DNA from: Lama glama
Taxonomy: Eukaryota
Length of the DNA stretch: 64,000 nt
Assembly: GCA_028534125.1 (NCBI GenBank)
Contig: CM052817.1
Coordinates: 2,482,001 to 2,546,000 of the forward strand
Direction: 5' to 3'
Position numbers and translations under genes: made by a program. Below, piece by piece: positions 25,376-37,830 of this stretch. The notes under the pieces were generated by a model. The model was given only the letters and a program-made list of their open reading frames with translations. It did no database searches and had not been told where the DNA came from. The number at the start of each line of letters is the position of its first letter. The first letter of the stretch is position 1.

Positions 25376-28296
25376 TCATGGGTTGGTTCCTCACACACTT
25401 GCTGTTTGTCCGTTTGTTGAGGGTGTGGTCCTCCACTGTTTTGTGTCTCAGAGCCTGGAGTAGATTTGAGACCCAGCAGGTGCCTAGTGAACATTTGTTA
25501 AGTCCCAGGGGCAGCGCGGCTCCACACTGGTCTGGTCTAAGGGACAGGGTGGCACTCCTGGTGGCCCTGACCGTGTGGCCCAGGCAGCCTGGAGACCTGG
25601 GCACAGCGCACCCGTTCCTCCCACCAGGCAGCGCCGAAACCCTCCCTGGAGGCCCCGTCTGCGCTGGAGGACTGGGAGGCAGGGCCCTGGGCAGGCGGGC
25701 TCGCCTGCTGCCCTTAAGGTTCCTCCTCCACCTAACCAGCTGGACGCCAGAAAACCGTGTTCTGGTGGCAATAAGAACTGTGCCGGGCTGAGGTACACGG
25801 AGAGGGAGGCTCAGCGTGAGACAGACAATGTCCAGTCCCCAGGCCCACCTCACTGTTCTGTGTCCTTGGGGACCCTGGCCTGGCCCGCCCAGCACAGGCT
25901 CTCACTGCTCTGTCCGGAACAGGACAGCTGGGTGGCAGGTGGCTTCCAGGTCCAGGTACCACCTCACAGGGGAGGCTTCTCTCACCATCTAAGTAAAGCC
26001 TGTGGCCGCAGCGTTGCGTCTGCTTTCTCACCCCTGCCCTGCCCTGGCCGGCAGCGGGTCCCCACTCAGGGCCATGGGAGGTGGGGCTGTGTAGAGCGAA
26101 GCGGGTTCTTCAGGCCCAGTGCTATCCTAGAATCTGTCCTGAGGGGTGCGAGCTGCACGCACAACTACCGCCCCCATGGGGATCTGGGGCTTCTGGATGG
26201 ACTTGGCTAGCGGCTTGGCCCAGCTCGGGTGGGCTGGTCCACAGGGGAGCAGACTGTCAGAGCCCGGCCTGGAGAGCCGCCCTGGGGCTGGCGCATCACA
26301 AGGGACTGAGACATTTGGCTGCGAGATGCACAGTCCTGATTGACGGGGCCCCGGAGGGCAGAGCTGCGGGCTCCAGAGCGAGCGAGCTGGCAGTGAGAAG
26401 CGGTCTGCCATCACCAGATGTGGCCCAGTTAACGGGGTTGGGAAGGGGGGCCGTGGCAGGGCTCTGGGGAGGACGGCAGCTGTGTGGGAGCTGTGGCGCC
26501 CAGCTCTTGCCAAGAGCAGGCCCAGTCTGGTCCTCTCTGCGTGCTGGACCTGGCCTCAGGCTGGCCCCAGCAGATCTGTGCCTAGGCGTTTGCTGAGGGC
26601 ACCCGACCCTGGTTTTGGGATCCTCCGGCCCCCTCACTGTGGCTTCCTTTCCGTCCCTCCAGCTGTGTGCCCGCCTGCTCAGCGGGGAGGCTGCGTGCCT
26701 GCGGATGTCCCCAGGAGCAAGGCCTGCAGACCTAGTGAGCGTCAGGGAGCCCGGGGGGCAGAGCCGACAGCCCCCTGGGCTGAAGCCAGGGCTCCTCCAT
26801 CCACCTCTGACGGGCCCAGGCCTCCCTCCCCTGGGCTCTGCCAGATGGCAGAGGGTGTGGCCACCCGCCCCTCTAGTCACACCCTCACAGCTGAAATCCA
26901 CGGAAAAGGGAAGCCCCCTCTTTTCAGCACCTGCATATAAAATTCCAGGGCAGGGTTCTGATTGGCCCAGCCAGGTCACGTGGTGCCCTGCAGGGCCATG
27001 CAGAGAGGGACAGGGACAGCTCTCAAGGCAAGCAGGCACACTCACCGCCAGGAAGTAGATGGAGAGCTCTGGGCAGAACAGGTAGCCACAGCACAGGACA
27101 GGGGCTGTGTGGGGGACATCCGATAGCGGGCTCAGCCAAAGGGAGTCAAGGTCAGGACAAGCAGAGAGAGTGAGAGAGGTGGGACGGTGCCCTCGCTGCG
27201 CTCTGAAAAGGCAGCTCCAGTGGCAGACGCCCTGTCCGGCTGCCGCAGGCTCTGAGCATCCCCACGCCCCATCCCCGCTCCCCGTCCAGGCGAGGGAGGC
27301 GGCCCCTTCCTGGGAATAACACTGTTCTTATGTTAGAGACAAAGAGCAAGAAGCAGACCCAAGCCGTGAATCATGTTTACAACTTTTTAAAGTTGATACT
27401 TGTTTCGCATATGGCAAAATTAACTTTTTTTTGCACGCGGCTTAAAGGGTTTTGACAAATGCTAGAATAACGTAGCCACCACCACAATCAAAATGCAGAT
27501 CAGTTCCATCACCGCCCCTCCAAGATCTTTTCGTAGTTAAAGCTCCCCCTGACCCGTAAGCCATGGCATTCGTCGTCTGCTCTCTCCACCCCAGCCCTGT
27601 CTTTTCCAGACTGTCACCTGAACAGGGCCGCACGGAAGGTAGTTTTGGATCTGGCTTCTCGGGCTCAGTGTAATCCTTTGAGATTCAGCCATGCTGTTTG
27701 TGGATCCATAATTCATTCCTTTATTCTGCTGAATGGTGTTTCATCCAGTGGGAGTATCAGATTCTGCTCAGCCGGTCTCCACTGGAGGGACACTTGGGTT
27801 GTTTCCAGTTTCGAGCAACTGTGAGTGAAGCTACAATAAACATTCACATACAGGGTCCTACGGAAAATATGTTTCTTGGTGAGGCTCTACCGAACCATTC
27901 CCCACGCATTCTCACCAGCAACGTGAGGGGGCTCTGACTCTTTCTCATCCTCGCCAGCCTAGGTATTGCCAGGTTTTGGGTTTTGGTTTTTTTCGGTTAA
28001 CTGTTCCAACATGTTGGGGCTGCATCTCACTGTGGTTTTAGTGTGTGTTTCCTCACACATAACATGAAGCATCTTGTCCTGCACTTTTCCCGCCAAACGT
28101 CTTCGCTGGCGAGGTGTCTTCAAATACTTTGCCCCTTTCTTGTCAGACAGTTGCCTTGCCTGATGCCGCGCTTTGGGAGTTCTTTGTATATTCGAACACA
28201 CGTGCGTTACTGGCTGTGTGATTTATCAATGCTTTCTCCTAGTCTGTGGTTTGTCTTTTCATTCTTATAGTAATAGCTTTTGCAAAGCAAATTTTA

Positions 28297-28407
28297 TTTT
28301 ATTTTATTTGTTTTGTTTTGTTCTGTTTTTTGGGGGGGATAGTTAGGTTTATTTATTCTTAATGGAAGTGCAGGAGGTTGAACCCAGGATCTCGTGCACG
28401 CTGATAA
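28297..28407 (-). mobile_element. 5'-truncated camelid SINE (Vic-1-like)
   Basis: ttaggtttatttatt...ggttgaacccaggatctcgtgcacgct with a perfect 16-bp TSD tgcaaagcaaatttta (28281-28296 / 28408-28423). Confidence 0.88.
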
Positions 28408-28864
28408 TGCAAAGCAAATTTTAAGAGATTTTGATGCAGTCAAACTTATATATGTGCTTTCCTATCACGGCTCTTGCTTTTATTAATGTATCCAAGAGAA
28501 CTTTACGAATCCAAGGTCATGGATATTTTCTTCTAAAAGTTTTATAGTTTTGTACGTTTAGGTGTATAATGCATTTTGAGTTAATTTTTTATAAGGTATG
28601 AGGTCTGGGTGGGGTCCCGCTGTGTTGCGTACGACTGCCCAATTGTCCCAGCACCAAGTAAGTATCATTGAATCACCTTCTGCATCTTTGTCAAAAATCA
28701 ATTGGCCATACGTGCGTACGGCTCTATTTCTGGGCCTTGTACTCTGTTCCATCGATCTTCGTGTCTGTCTTTTTTCTCAATATCACACTGATTGGATTGC
28801 CGTAGCTTTACGGTAAGTCTTGAAATTAGGCTCTGTGCCAAATGCACCTTTTTTCTTCTCAGTC

Positions 28865-29620
28865 GCTTTCTGCCTTTAACTTCCTATCTGGAGATAATTC
28901 GAGACATAGAGAGTTGCAAGAACGATACAGAAACCACCCCCCAGTCCTTCACCCAGGACCCCCAGCACCAACACCTGCCGTAACCCTAGAGCAGAGACGT
29001 GCACTAGGGAGCCGGTTCAGACACACTGCTTTCACTACCTCCCGGGTTCTTTCCACACTGCACCAGTTCTTCCACTAAGGTTCTCACTCGGTTCCAGAAT
29101 CCAGCCTGTGGTCCCACATTGGCTTTAGGTCTCCTGTGTCCTCAGCCCCTTCCTGCCCGTGACGGCGCCTTGCACGCCCCTCGTCTTGCACGCCCGGGAC
29201 CCTCGGGGAGGGCAGGCTGGTTGCCGCGCGGGCTTCCTCCACGCGGGATCCCCGGGGGTTTTCTCGTGATCCGGCAGGCTGGGCGTCACCAGAGGGGATG
29301 CTGGAGAGGATGTGTCCCCTCCTCTGCCGGTCACGCCAGGGCTGACTGTGCGCTGCACCCCCGGAGTCCCGGCCTTGGACGCGAAGGCAGGGCGGTGCCT
29401 GCCAGACGTCTCCTTTGTAAAGTTACTGGTTTTCCTCTATAATTCATAATATTTTCGGAAGAGACACACTGGGGGTTTTTGCAGATGTCCTGTCTCTCCT
29501 GAAACTTTTGCCTCCTAACAGTAGCGTTCAACAATGGACTTTGCCTGCTGTTGTGGTTACTGTGGTGTTCTGATGGTGATGATCTGTTTTCCTTATTTCT
29601 TCTACATGTTTTTAAAAAGA
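28865..29620 (-). mobile_element. L1MC/MD-type 3' end nested in older L1
   Basis: ggagataattcgagacatagagagttgcaagaacgatacaga...cccaggacccc and tgccagacgtctcctttgtaaagttact match antisense L1MC/MD 3'UTR blocks. Confidence 0.7.
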
Positions 29621-29634
29621 AGATTTATTTGTTT

Positions 29635-30145
29635 GTATTTTTCTTTTTTATTGAAGTACAGTCATTTTACAATATGGTGTCAGTTCTGGTGCACAGCATA
29701 ACGTTTCAGTCATACATATCCATCCAGATACTTCTTTTCATATTCTTTTTTATTGTAGGTTACTACAAGATATTAAATATAGTTCCCTGTGCTGTACAGA
29801 AGAAACTTGTCGTTTATCCATTTTATATATACTAGTTAGTATCTGTAAATCTTGAACTCCCAGTTTATCCCTTCCCACCCCCTTTACTCCTTGGTAACCA
29901 TGTTTGTTCTTTATGTCTGTGAGTCTGTTTCTGTTTTGCAGATAAGTTCATTGGTATCCTTTTTTTTAGATTCCGCATATAAGTGACATCATACGGTATT
30001 TTTCTTTCTTTCTGGCTTACTTTGCTTAGAATGACAAACTCCAGGTCCATCCATGTTGCTGCAAATGGCATTATTTTATTCTTTTTTATGGCTGAGTAGT
30101 ATTTCATTGTATACCACAACTTCTTTATCCAGCCATCTGTCAATA
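29635..30145 (-). mobile_element. Lineage-specific LINE-1 3' end
   Basis: ORF 29865-30143(-) WIKKLWYTMKYYSAIKKNKIMPFAATWMDLE. Same family as 19355-19992. Confidence 0.92.
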
Positions 30146-30515
30146 GTAGCTTTATATATTTAAAAATATTTCATTCTGAGTTGATTTTTCTGTAAGATGT
30201 CAGGTTCAGAGTTAAATAGTTAATTGCACATGGATACACAATTTTTCTAGCATCGTTGGTTGAAAAGATTGTCCTTTTTCTATTTAGTTGCTTTTGGGCC
30301 TTTGTCACAAATCACTTGACTGTAAGTCTGTGGGTCTATTTTTAGGCTCTGAATGATCTATGTGTCTGTCCTTTCGCTAATACTGCTTGACAATTGTTGC
30401 TTTGTAGAAAGTTTTGGAATCATGTGGTGTGAGTCTTCTAGCTTTGTTCTTTTCCAACTTGTAGTGGCTATTTCAGTTACTTGGCCTTTCCATTCTGTAC
30501 ATATATATATTTTTA

Positions 30516-30645
30516 AATAATCTTTTTTTTAGAGGGGGAGGTAATTAGGTTTATTTATTTAATTTTTAATGGCAGTGCTGGGGATTGAACCCAGGACCTC
30601 GTGCATGCTAAGCACACACTCTGCCACTGTGCTATACCCTCCCCC
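30516..30645 (-). mobile_element. Full-length camelid SINE (Vic-1-like, tRNA-derived)
   Basis: Reverse complement reads GGGGGAGGGTATAGCACAGTGGCAGAGTGTGTGCTTAGCATGCACGAGGTCCTGGGTTCAATCCCCAG...AATAAACCTAATTACCTCCCCC with A/B boxes. Both flanks are c(at)nttttA, consistent with a TSD. Confidence 0.92.
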
Positions 30646-33600
30646 TTCATATATATATATTTTTATTCAATGTGTGTTTATCTTTTTTTTAAGCCTATTG
30701 GAATTTCTACTAGGACTGCATTAAATGTATAGGTGAAATTGGGTAGAAATGGTATCATAATACTCAGCCAAGCCTTAAATCTTTCCCATTATTTAGGTCT
30801 TGTTTGACTTCTTTCATCAGTGTTTTTAGCTTTCAGCATGCAGATTTTGGACAATTTTATAATTTATTCCTAAACGTTTCATTTTTTGGTGCTATTGTTT
30901 GTGCATTTGTTTCTAATTTCAAGTTCCAATTCCTCACTGCTAATATAGAGAAACATAAGTGATTTTATTTGTTTATTGTGAATCTTATGACCTTGTTACA
31001 CTCACTTATTCGTTTTAGTGCTTTGTTTAAAGTAGATTCTTTGGTATTTTCTACATAGAAGTCATGTTATCTGTCAGTGGAGAGAGGTTTATTTCTTTTT
31101 TTTTTTCTCTTACTCTTTTTCTTTCTTTCCCTCCCCTTGTTGCACTGGCATTACATGTTGAACAAGAGGATGAGAGAGGACATCCTTGCCTGGTCTCTGA
31201 TCTTAGGGGAACACTCACTCTCTGGCCCTTACGTAGGTACTAGCTGCCAGCGTTCTTTTTCATGTTAGGAAGCCGCCTCCTGTTTCTAGTTTGCTGAGAA
31301 ATTTTTTTTATTGTAATAGATTCTGAATTTTGTCAAATGATTCTGTTTCGCTTACTGAGATAATCATATGGCTTTTTTGTTAATCTATTGATGTGATACA
31401 TTACATGGATTAAATAACAAATTCTAACCATCTTTGTGTTTCTGGAATGAAACTTGGTCATGAGAGATTTTGTAATACACATTGCTGGGCTCGACCTGCT
31501 AATATTTTCTTGTAGGTTTACACCTATATTCATGAGAAATATTGGTTTATAGTTTTCTTTGCCTGTACCATCTTTGTCTGCTTTGGTGTTGGGCTATTGC
31601 TGGCCTCATAAAATGAATCGGGAATGTTTCTTCCTATCCTAGTTATGGGAAAGATGGTTGAATTGGCATTACTCTTCCCTTAACCATTTGGTAACATTGT
31701 CCAGTGAAACCATCTGGGCTGCAGGTTTTAACTTAGATCAGATTTGTTTTCTTCCATAGACATAGTGCTCTCTAGATGAACTGTTTCTCTCGGCTGAGCT
31801 CTGGCAGTTTGTCGTTTCATCTAAGTCGTGGGATTTGCAGAAGCAGGGGTGTTGCCAGTAGCCCCTTGTCACCCTTGCAGGGTCTGTGGGATCTGCAGTG
31901 GTGGCCACTCTTTCCTTGCCGGTATCGCTCATTCTGTCTTCCCTTTTCATTTCTTGAGCATTTATGCTAGAGTTTTATTGATTTTTTCCTATGCTTTTAA
32001 ATTTCATTGATTTCTTCTCTAATCTATATAATTTCCTTCCTTCTACATGCTTCGAATTTAGTTTACTTTTCTTTTTCTAATTTCTTAAAGTGGAAGTGTA
32101 AATTTGACCTGAGACCTTTAGTCTTTTCTAACATATTCAACACTACAAAATTGCCTTTAAGCACTGCTTTAGCTGCATCCCACAAATGTTGATATGCTTG
32201 ATTTTCATTTTGATTCATTTAAAAATATTTAAAAATTTCCCTTGACATTTACTCTTTCACCTGTGGTCATCACAAGTATGTTGTTTAGCACTTTTCTGTT
32301 ACAGATTTCTAGTTTAATGATGTTATGGTTCAAGACCAAAAGAGTTCTGGTCTTTAGGATTTGCTGAGTTTTGTTTTATGCTCCACATATATTTTTCTGT
32401 TATTGTGTAGCATGTTCTACAGTATTAACTAGGTCTACTAGTGCCATTCAAGTGTTTATTCTTAGTGACTTTCCAGTTTTTTTTCCCCATTCATTACTGA
32501 GACGGAGTTGACATCCCCAAGTGCTATTGTAGGTTTGTCTCGGTTCCCTCCGTTATGGGCCCCTGTGATTTGAATCTCTGTTGTTAGGTGCATCTAAGTT
32601 TAGGATTGTTGTGGGTTTCTGGAGAACCGGCTCCCTGATCGTTATGTAATAGCCCTCTTTATCTCTCATGACATTACTTTGTCTGATATTAATATAGCTG
32701 CCAGTATTCTTTTACTTAGTGTTTGTATGATTTATATTGTTTTATCTTTTTCTTTTTGACCTGTTTATATCATTATATCCAAAGTAGGTTTCCTATAAGA
32801 CAATATTTAGTTGGTTCTAATTTTTAAACATTGAATCTCATAATCTTTGCCTTTTACCTGGCATGTTTAGATGATGCACGCTTAATGTAATGATCGATAT
32901 GGTTTGATTAAAATCTATCACATCACTAGCCTTTTTTTATTTGTTCCATTTAGTCTTCATTTCTTTTTCCCATATTTTATTTTTGGCTTTTCTTGTGCTA
33001 ATTGGGTGTTTTTTATGATTCTGTCTTATCTTCTCTATTGATTTATTACCCATACATAGTGATTGCCCTTCAGTTTAAATATATAGCATCTTTAATAAAT
33101 CAGAGTTTACCTTCAAATAATGTGGTACTATTTCACACTGTATTTCCAATTTCTCCTTCACATTTTTTGTACTATTGTCATCGTGTCTTTACCTGTATAT
33201 ACGCCATAAACATATTGCTACACTTTCTGCTTTAGAAAGTTTATCTTTTAGAGCAATTAGAAAATAGGGGGAAAAGAGTTTAATTTCACCTTCATTGATT
33301 CTATGTCCAGAACCTTCATTTCTAAATTTCAGTCTAATATCAGGGTTTTCCCACCTGAAGAACTTCTGCTGCAGAGCTCCTTGAAATGCATCCCCAGTTT
33401 TTGCTTATTTGAGAAAGTCGTTATTTCTCTTTCATTTAAACAAAGACATTTTCTCTGGCTTGACAGTTTTTTCTTTCTTCCAACACTTTAAAGTTCCCTC
33501 CATCAACTTCTGTCTTGCATGGTTTTTGATAAGAACTCTGTTGTAACTGTATCTTTAGCTTCCTGTAAATAATGTTTCTTTTTTTCCCCCTCTCTGGCTG

Positions 33601-33722
33601 GCTTTAATATTTTCTCTTTGTCTTCGGTTTTCAGCAGTTGAGTATAATATGCCAGGGTGCAATTTTGTGTTTGTGTCATTTGGTTTTGGTATTTATGCTG
33701 GTTGGTGTCCTCTGAGCTTCTT

Positions 33723-34093
33723 TTTTCTTTTTTTTGTCCTTAATTTTGTTTTTTAAGAGCAGTTTTAGGTTTACAACAAAATTGAGAGATAAATACAGAG
33801 ATTTCCCTATGCCTCCTGCCCCCACACATGCGTAGCCTCCCCGATAATCAACCTCACTTATCATAATGGTACATTTTTTTAACCAAGGATGAATCTACAT
33901 TCATAAGACATGTCCCAACCACCTAGAGACCAGAGCTGACCTGAGGGCTCACTCTTGCTGTGTAGTTCTGTGGGTTTGGACACACGTATGATGACATGTG
34001 TCCCTCACTATAATATCATGCAGAGTATCTTCACTGCCCTAAAAATCGTCTCTGCTCTGCCCGTTCATCTCCTCCCCCCGCGCCCCGGTCTTG
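33723..34093 (-). mobile_element. L1MC-type 3' end nested in older L1
   Basis: ttttaagagcagttttaggtttacaacaaaattgag... TSD tctgagcttctt (33711-33722 / 34094-34105). Confidence 0.85.
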
Positions 34094-34156
34094 TCTGAGC
34101 TTCTTGGATCTGTGTTTAGGTGTCTATGATTTGCTTAGTATATTCTTGGACATAAT

Positions 34157-34292
34157 TTTTTTCTTTTTTTTTTCAAACTTAAGTGTAGTCAGTTTACAGT
34201 GCTGTGTCAATTTCTGGTGTACAGCACAATGCTTCAGTCATATATGTACATAGGTGCATTCCTTTTCGTATTTTTTTCATTACAGGTTACTA
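34157..34292 (-). mobile_element. Short lineage-specific L1 3' tail
   Basis: gtgtagtcagtttacagtgctgtgtcaatttctggtgtacagcacaatgcttcagtcatatat is homologous to 29650-29770. Confidence 0.8.
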
Positions 34293-35159
34293 CCCTCCCC
34301 TGGCTGTCTCTTACTCCTGCCTGGCATCCACTGCATCGCCCCCAGGGGGCCGCACCCATGTCCCTTCTCTCCCCATAGGCACAATCTCGCCTTGGCGTTT
34401 GAGACAGTCGGCTGCTCTGTGACCTCAGCTCTTCGGTACACATGAAAGAAGTCAGGAATTGGAAGCTGGCTTGGCTCCTTTGTGCTGTGGAGATGCGAGC
34501 CCTGCTCCCCCTCTCCGAGTCAGGGGGAGACACAGGAGCCCAGGAGCCTGGGGCCTTTTTTTTGTGTGTGTGCCTTTTTATACATCTCATAACTTTTGGC
34601 TGAAAGCAAGTAAGAGAGGACAAGAGGTTTTGTGCCTGGAAATGGGCACACCTTTCCTCCTAAGAGGCCTGTAATGTGGAGGGTTTGAGGTAATCAGTCA
34701 AGAATTGGGCTGGGATGGCCGTTCTTGTTGCTATGGTTACCGCAGGGCACTACAGTCTTCAAATTCCTCCAGAGACCTGGTTTCAGGGTGGGGGCTGGGC
34801 TGCTTAGCCAGAGGGTTTTTTCTTCATGTTTGCTCCAACCTCAACTCTTGGTCTTCCTTTGCAAGGGGCCTCACCCCCAGAAGCCTCCTGCTGTTACTTG
34901 TAATTTGATGCCAATTACCTGGCTGTGGGGTGACAGTGGGACCCTCTCTCCTGCTCTGATTAAGCCTCCTCTTAGGCAGATGTAAGTACTCATGTCTAGA
35001 CTTCCTGCCTGTGGCTGTTTCTCCTTAGATTTTGGAACCATTGATTGCTTTTCAACTTGTTCCCCAGTGGGTCCAAAAAAGCTTGTCAATTTGCTGTTTG
35101 TTAGGTCCTGGTCCAGCCTCCGTTACATTGTTGGTGCCCCATGACTCAGAAGGAAGATA

Positions 35160-35813
35160 TGATACAGGAAAAATGGATGTGGGGCGAGAGGAGAGCTGTG
35201 TCCCAGTCTCAGTGGAGCCCCTGGGACATGCCCCGCCAAGTGTGGGTCCTTGGCTTCGTGCAGGAAAGAATTCAAGAGCAAGCCACAGTTGAGTAAAGAT
35301 AGGTTTATTTAGAGATACATGCTAGATAGAGTGCAGGCTGTTTCAGAAGGTGAGAGAAAAGCCATGAGTTGTGGGTGTTGGGTGCTCAGGTTAAATAAAA
35401 ATAGGTACACACTCCACAGACAGTGCGGGTCGTTTCCAAAGATGAGGGGACGAGAGAGGCTGTGAGGCTCAGTGTTGCCAGTTTTTATGGGCTCGGTAGC
35501 TTCACACGCCTACAAGTGGGAGGACCATTCCAACTACCTTGGCAAGGGAGCTGGGATTCCCAAGAATTGGGCCACCGCCCACTCTTTGACATTTTATGGT
35601 CAGTCTCGAAGTTGTCATGGCACCTGTGGGAGTGTCACTTACCATGTTAATATATTACAATCCACATATAATGAGGCTCATGGTCTACTAGGAGTCAAGT
35701 CTTCCGCCATCTTGAGCCTCAAGGCCTACTAGGAGTTAAGTCTTTCGTTATCCTGGTGTTCATTGTTGTCATTCCTTGAGTGGCTGTGCCCTGCCCCCTT
35801 CCCTCCTGTCTCA
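35160..35813 (-). mobile_element. ERV1-type (MER4-group-like) solo LTR, 654 bp
   Basis: TG...CA termini with a perfect 4-bp TSD GATA (35156-35159 / 35814-35817). Motif cttggcttcgtgcaggaaagaattcaagagc, AATAAA on the minus strand (aggtttattt), internal direct repeats (ctactaggagt(c/t)aagtctt x2). Confidence 0.88.
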
Positions 35814-36089
35814 GATATGCGGTCATCCTTGAAGCCGCCCACTTGGACATGGCCAGTGCCACATCCACTCTCATCCCATCAGCCACCACTCATCACCAGG
35901 CCAAACCTGACAAGGCTGCTGGCTGGACCCTCCACCTACAGGATGGCACTGCAAGTGACATACAGAGATGTCCCCAGACTCTTGACACGTGATGTTTCAG
36001 GGAAGGGAAAAACAACCAGGAGTCGCAGTCTCTGGCGACTCAGCGGTGCCCTGTGAAGACTCCTCGCGGGGGATGCAGGTGCTCACACG

Positions 36090-36345
36090 CGCACCCCAGG
36101 TGAAGGACCACTTGGTTATTCCCAGGTTGAGACCCTTGCAAGTGGTGCTGCCGGGAGCACTTCTGTGATCTCTCGGGATGCTCCCCCAGACGGTCTCTGA
36201 GCTGTACGCTGGGAGCGGAATTGCTGGGTTGAGACTTGTGGGTGTTGGAGATGATGCTAAATTGTTTTCCAAAGGGCTGCACCAGTTTACATTCCTACCA
36301 GCCGCGTAGAGAGTTCCCCTTGCTCCACATCCTCCCCAGCATAGT
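36090..36345 (-). mobile_element. Old L1 fragment
   Basis: gggagcggaattgctgggtt...ttttccaaagggctgcaccagtttacattcctaccagc...ctccacatcctccccagca. Translation GTLYAAGRNVNWCSPLENNL resembles the L1 ORF2 C-terminal region. Confidence 0.78.
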
Positions 36346-36423
36346 CCTCCTCTGTTCAGCTCACCACAAACAGGTAACAAGAAAAATGAGAAAAAGAAAA
36401 CGAGCCCACCCGGCTGGCTCCGT

Positions 36424-36530
36424 GGTGCCCTCTGGCGCCCTCTGGTGCCCGCCTTGGGTGCACCTTCTGTTTGCCGTGGAGAGGCCCTGGGTGTCTGGGC
36501 AGCTTGGCGGCTCCCACGCATGCGCAAGAG
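36424..36530 (-). promoter_or_regulatory. Candidate tandem CTCF motifs plus NRF1 motif
   Basis: Minus strand GCACCAGAGGGCGC (36435-36448) and GCGCCAGAGGGCAC (36425-36438). CGCATGCGCA at 36517-36526. Confidence 0.5.
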
Positions 36531-36879
36531 GGTTTGGGACAGAGGCGGGTGATGCCTCTATGCGCAAGGGGCCAGGGCCTCCGTCCAGAGCGTGGAGCAC
36601 GGGGCACGTGTCGAGAGTCCGGAGCGGCAGAGTTGTTAAGCTTTTCCAAGGAGGCATGGGCTTGGCTCAGGGCGACTCAGGCCTCTGCCGACTGTACAGG
36701 ACCTGAATGGTGGCAGTGCCCGGGTGGTGCTGCAGCCCCTCAGAGCCCAGAGGCTCGGCCCCTGCCCTCGTGAGCACTTTCCCCCAGCCAGGTCGGAGGA
36801 GGCAGGTGCCACTATTATGCCCGGGGTGAGGAAACTGAGCGCCGGGGGGTCAAGGGTTCCCCCGAAGGGGCTTGGCAGG

Positions 36880-37830
36880 GACGAGCTGGCTGCGAAGCCC
36901 CGCCCCTTCCTGCTCCCCCTTTGTCCTCGGCCACGTGGGAGGCAGCGGCACGTCGGGACAGCTCCGGGCTCTCCAGCCCCCGCCGGGCAGAGGGGCACCT
37001 CGGTGCTAATCCGTCTCGGGGAGATGACCCGTACGTGGAATCTGTCGGGCAACCCAGGGCTCGCCAGCTTAAGGATGCACGATTTCACTCCAGGTCAATC
37101 ATCCCCCAGGCTGCCCGAGGCTTTGGGGCCCAACGAGCGAACGCCTGCTCTCTTCCCACGGACCGACTCATCTGGAAGCTTCCATCTGGCGGTGGGCCGG
37201 GCCGGCTCCACAGGCCGCGTGGCACCCTCACAGGCGACCCTCCCCACCCCAAGGTCTGTGGCCCCACCGAGCACGCCCAAGCCGCGCGTCCCGCGAATAA
37301 TGAGGCCCCGGCTACGCGGCCGGCGCGCCGGCCGGGAGGCGCTCCTGCATTTTGCATGACCGCGGGGCCCGCTCCTCGCGCCTGTCTGGTCGCGTCACGT
37401 CAGGGAGGGCTTCTCGGGGCAGCGGCCGGCGCTGAGCGCAGCCGGGGAGGTGCTGGCGGCGCAGCTGCGGCCCGGGCCCCTCGTGGGGCAGCGGGGCAGG
37501 GCCGGCGGCGCGGCCTTTGAAAACGGGCATTTGCCCAAGTCATGCCCGGGAGGAGGGGCCGCGAGGCCGGGGGCGCTGCCCCGGCGGCTCCATTTCCAGA
37601 GACTGGGGTGCGGGGAGAGACCGGGGTGCGGGGAGAGACCGGGGTGCGGGGAGAGGCCGGAGCGCGCGTGACGGCCCTGCGCCTGCCCCTGTGCGCGCCT
37701 GCGTGCACGGCTGCGCGTGCGTGTGTGTGTGCGTGCGTGCGCCTGCGTACCTGGACGTGCGTACAGGTGTGCGTGCACGTGCACCCGCGCCCGCCCCCAC
37801 CCCCGCCCGTGTGTGTTTGAGACGGAGAGA
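36880..37830. promoter_or_regulatory. CpG island (promoter/enhancer-like) with 18-bp triplicate and alternating purine-pyrimidine tract
   Basis: Very high CpG density at 37270-37800. CRE-like CGTCACGTCA near 37393-37402, CCTTTGAA near 37514, and (GAGAGACCGGGGTGCGGG)x3 at 37597-37654. Confidence 0.75.

Larger units (their letters stand above)
27380..34150 (-). mobile_element. Long ancient LINE-1 (3'UTR + decayed ORF2) hosting nested insertions
   Basis: Continuous antisense L1 motifs (gacacttgggttgtttccagttt, tctttgtcaaaaatcaattggccata, tattcatgagaaatattggtttatagttttct, ccagtgaaaccatctggg, gctttagctgcatcccacaaat). No intact ORF. Confidence 0.88.

Noticed and set aside
30516..30645. tRNA gene
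   Set aside because: The tRNA-like head carries a SINE tail and TSD, and there are several degenerate copies in the window. It is a SINE.
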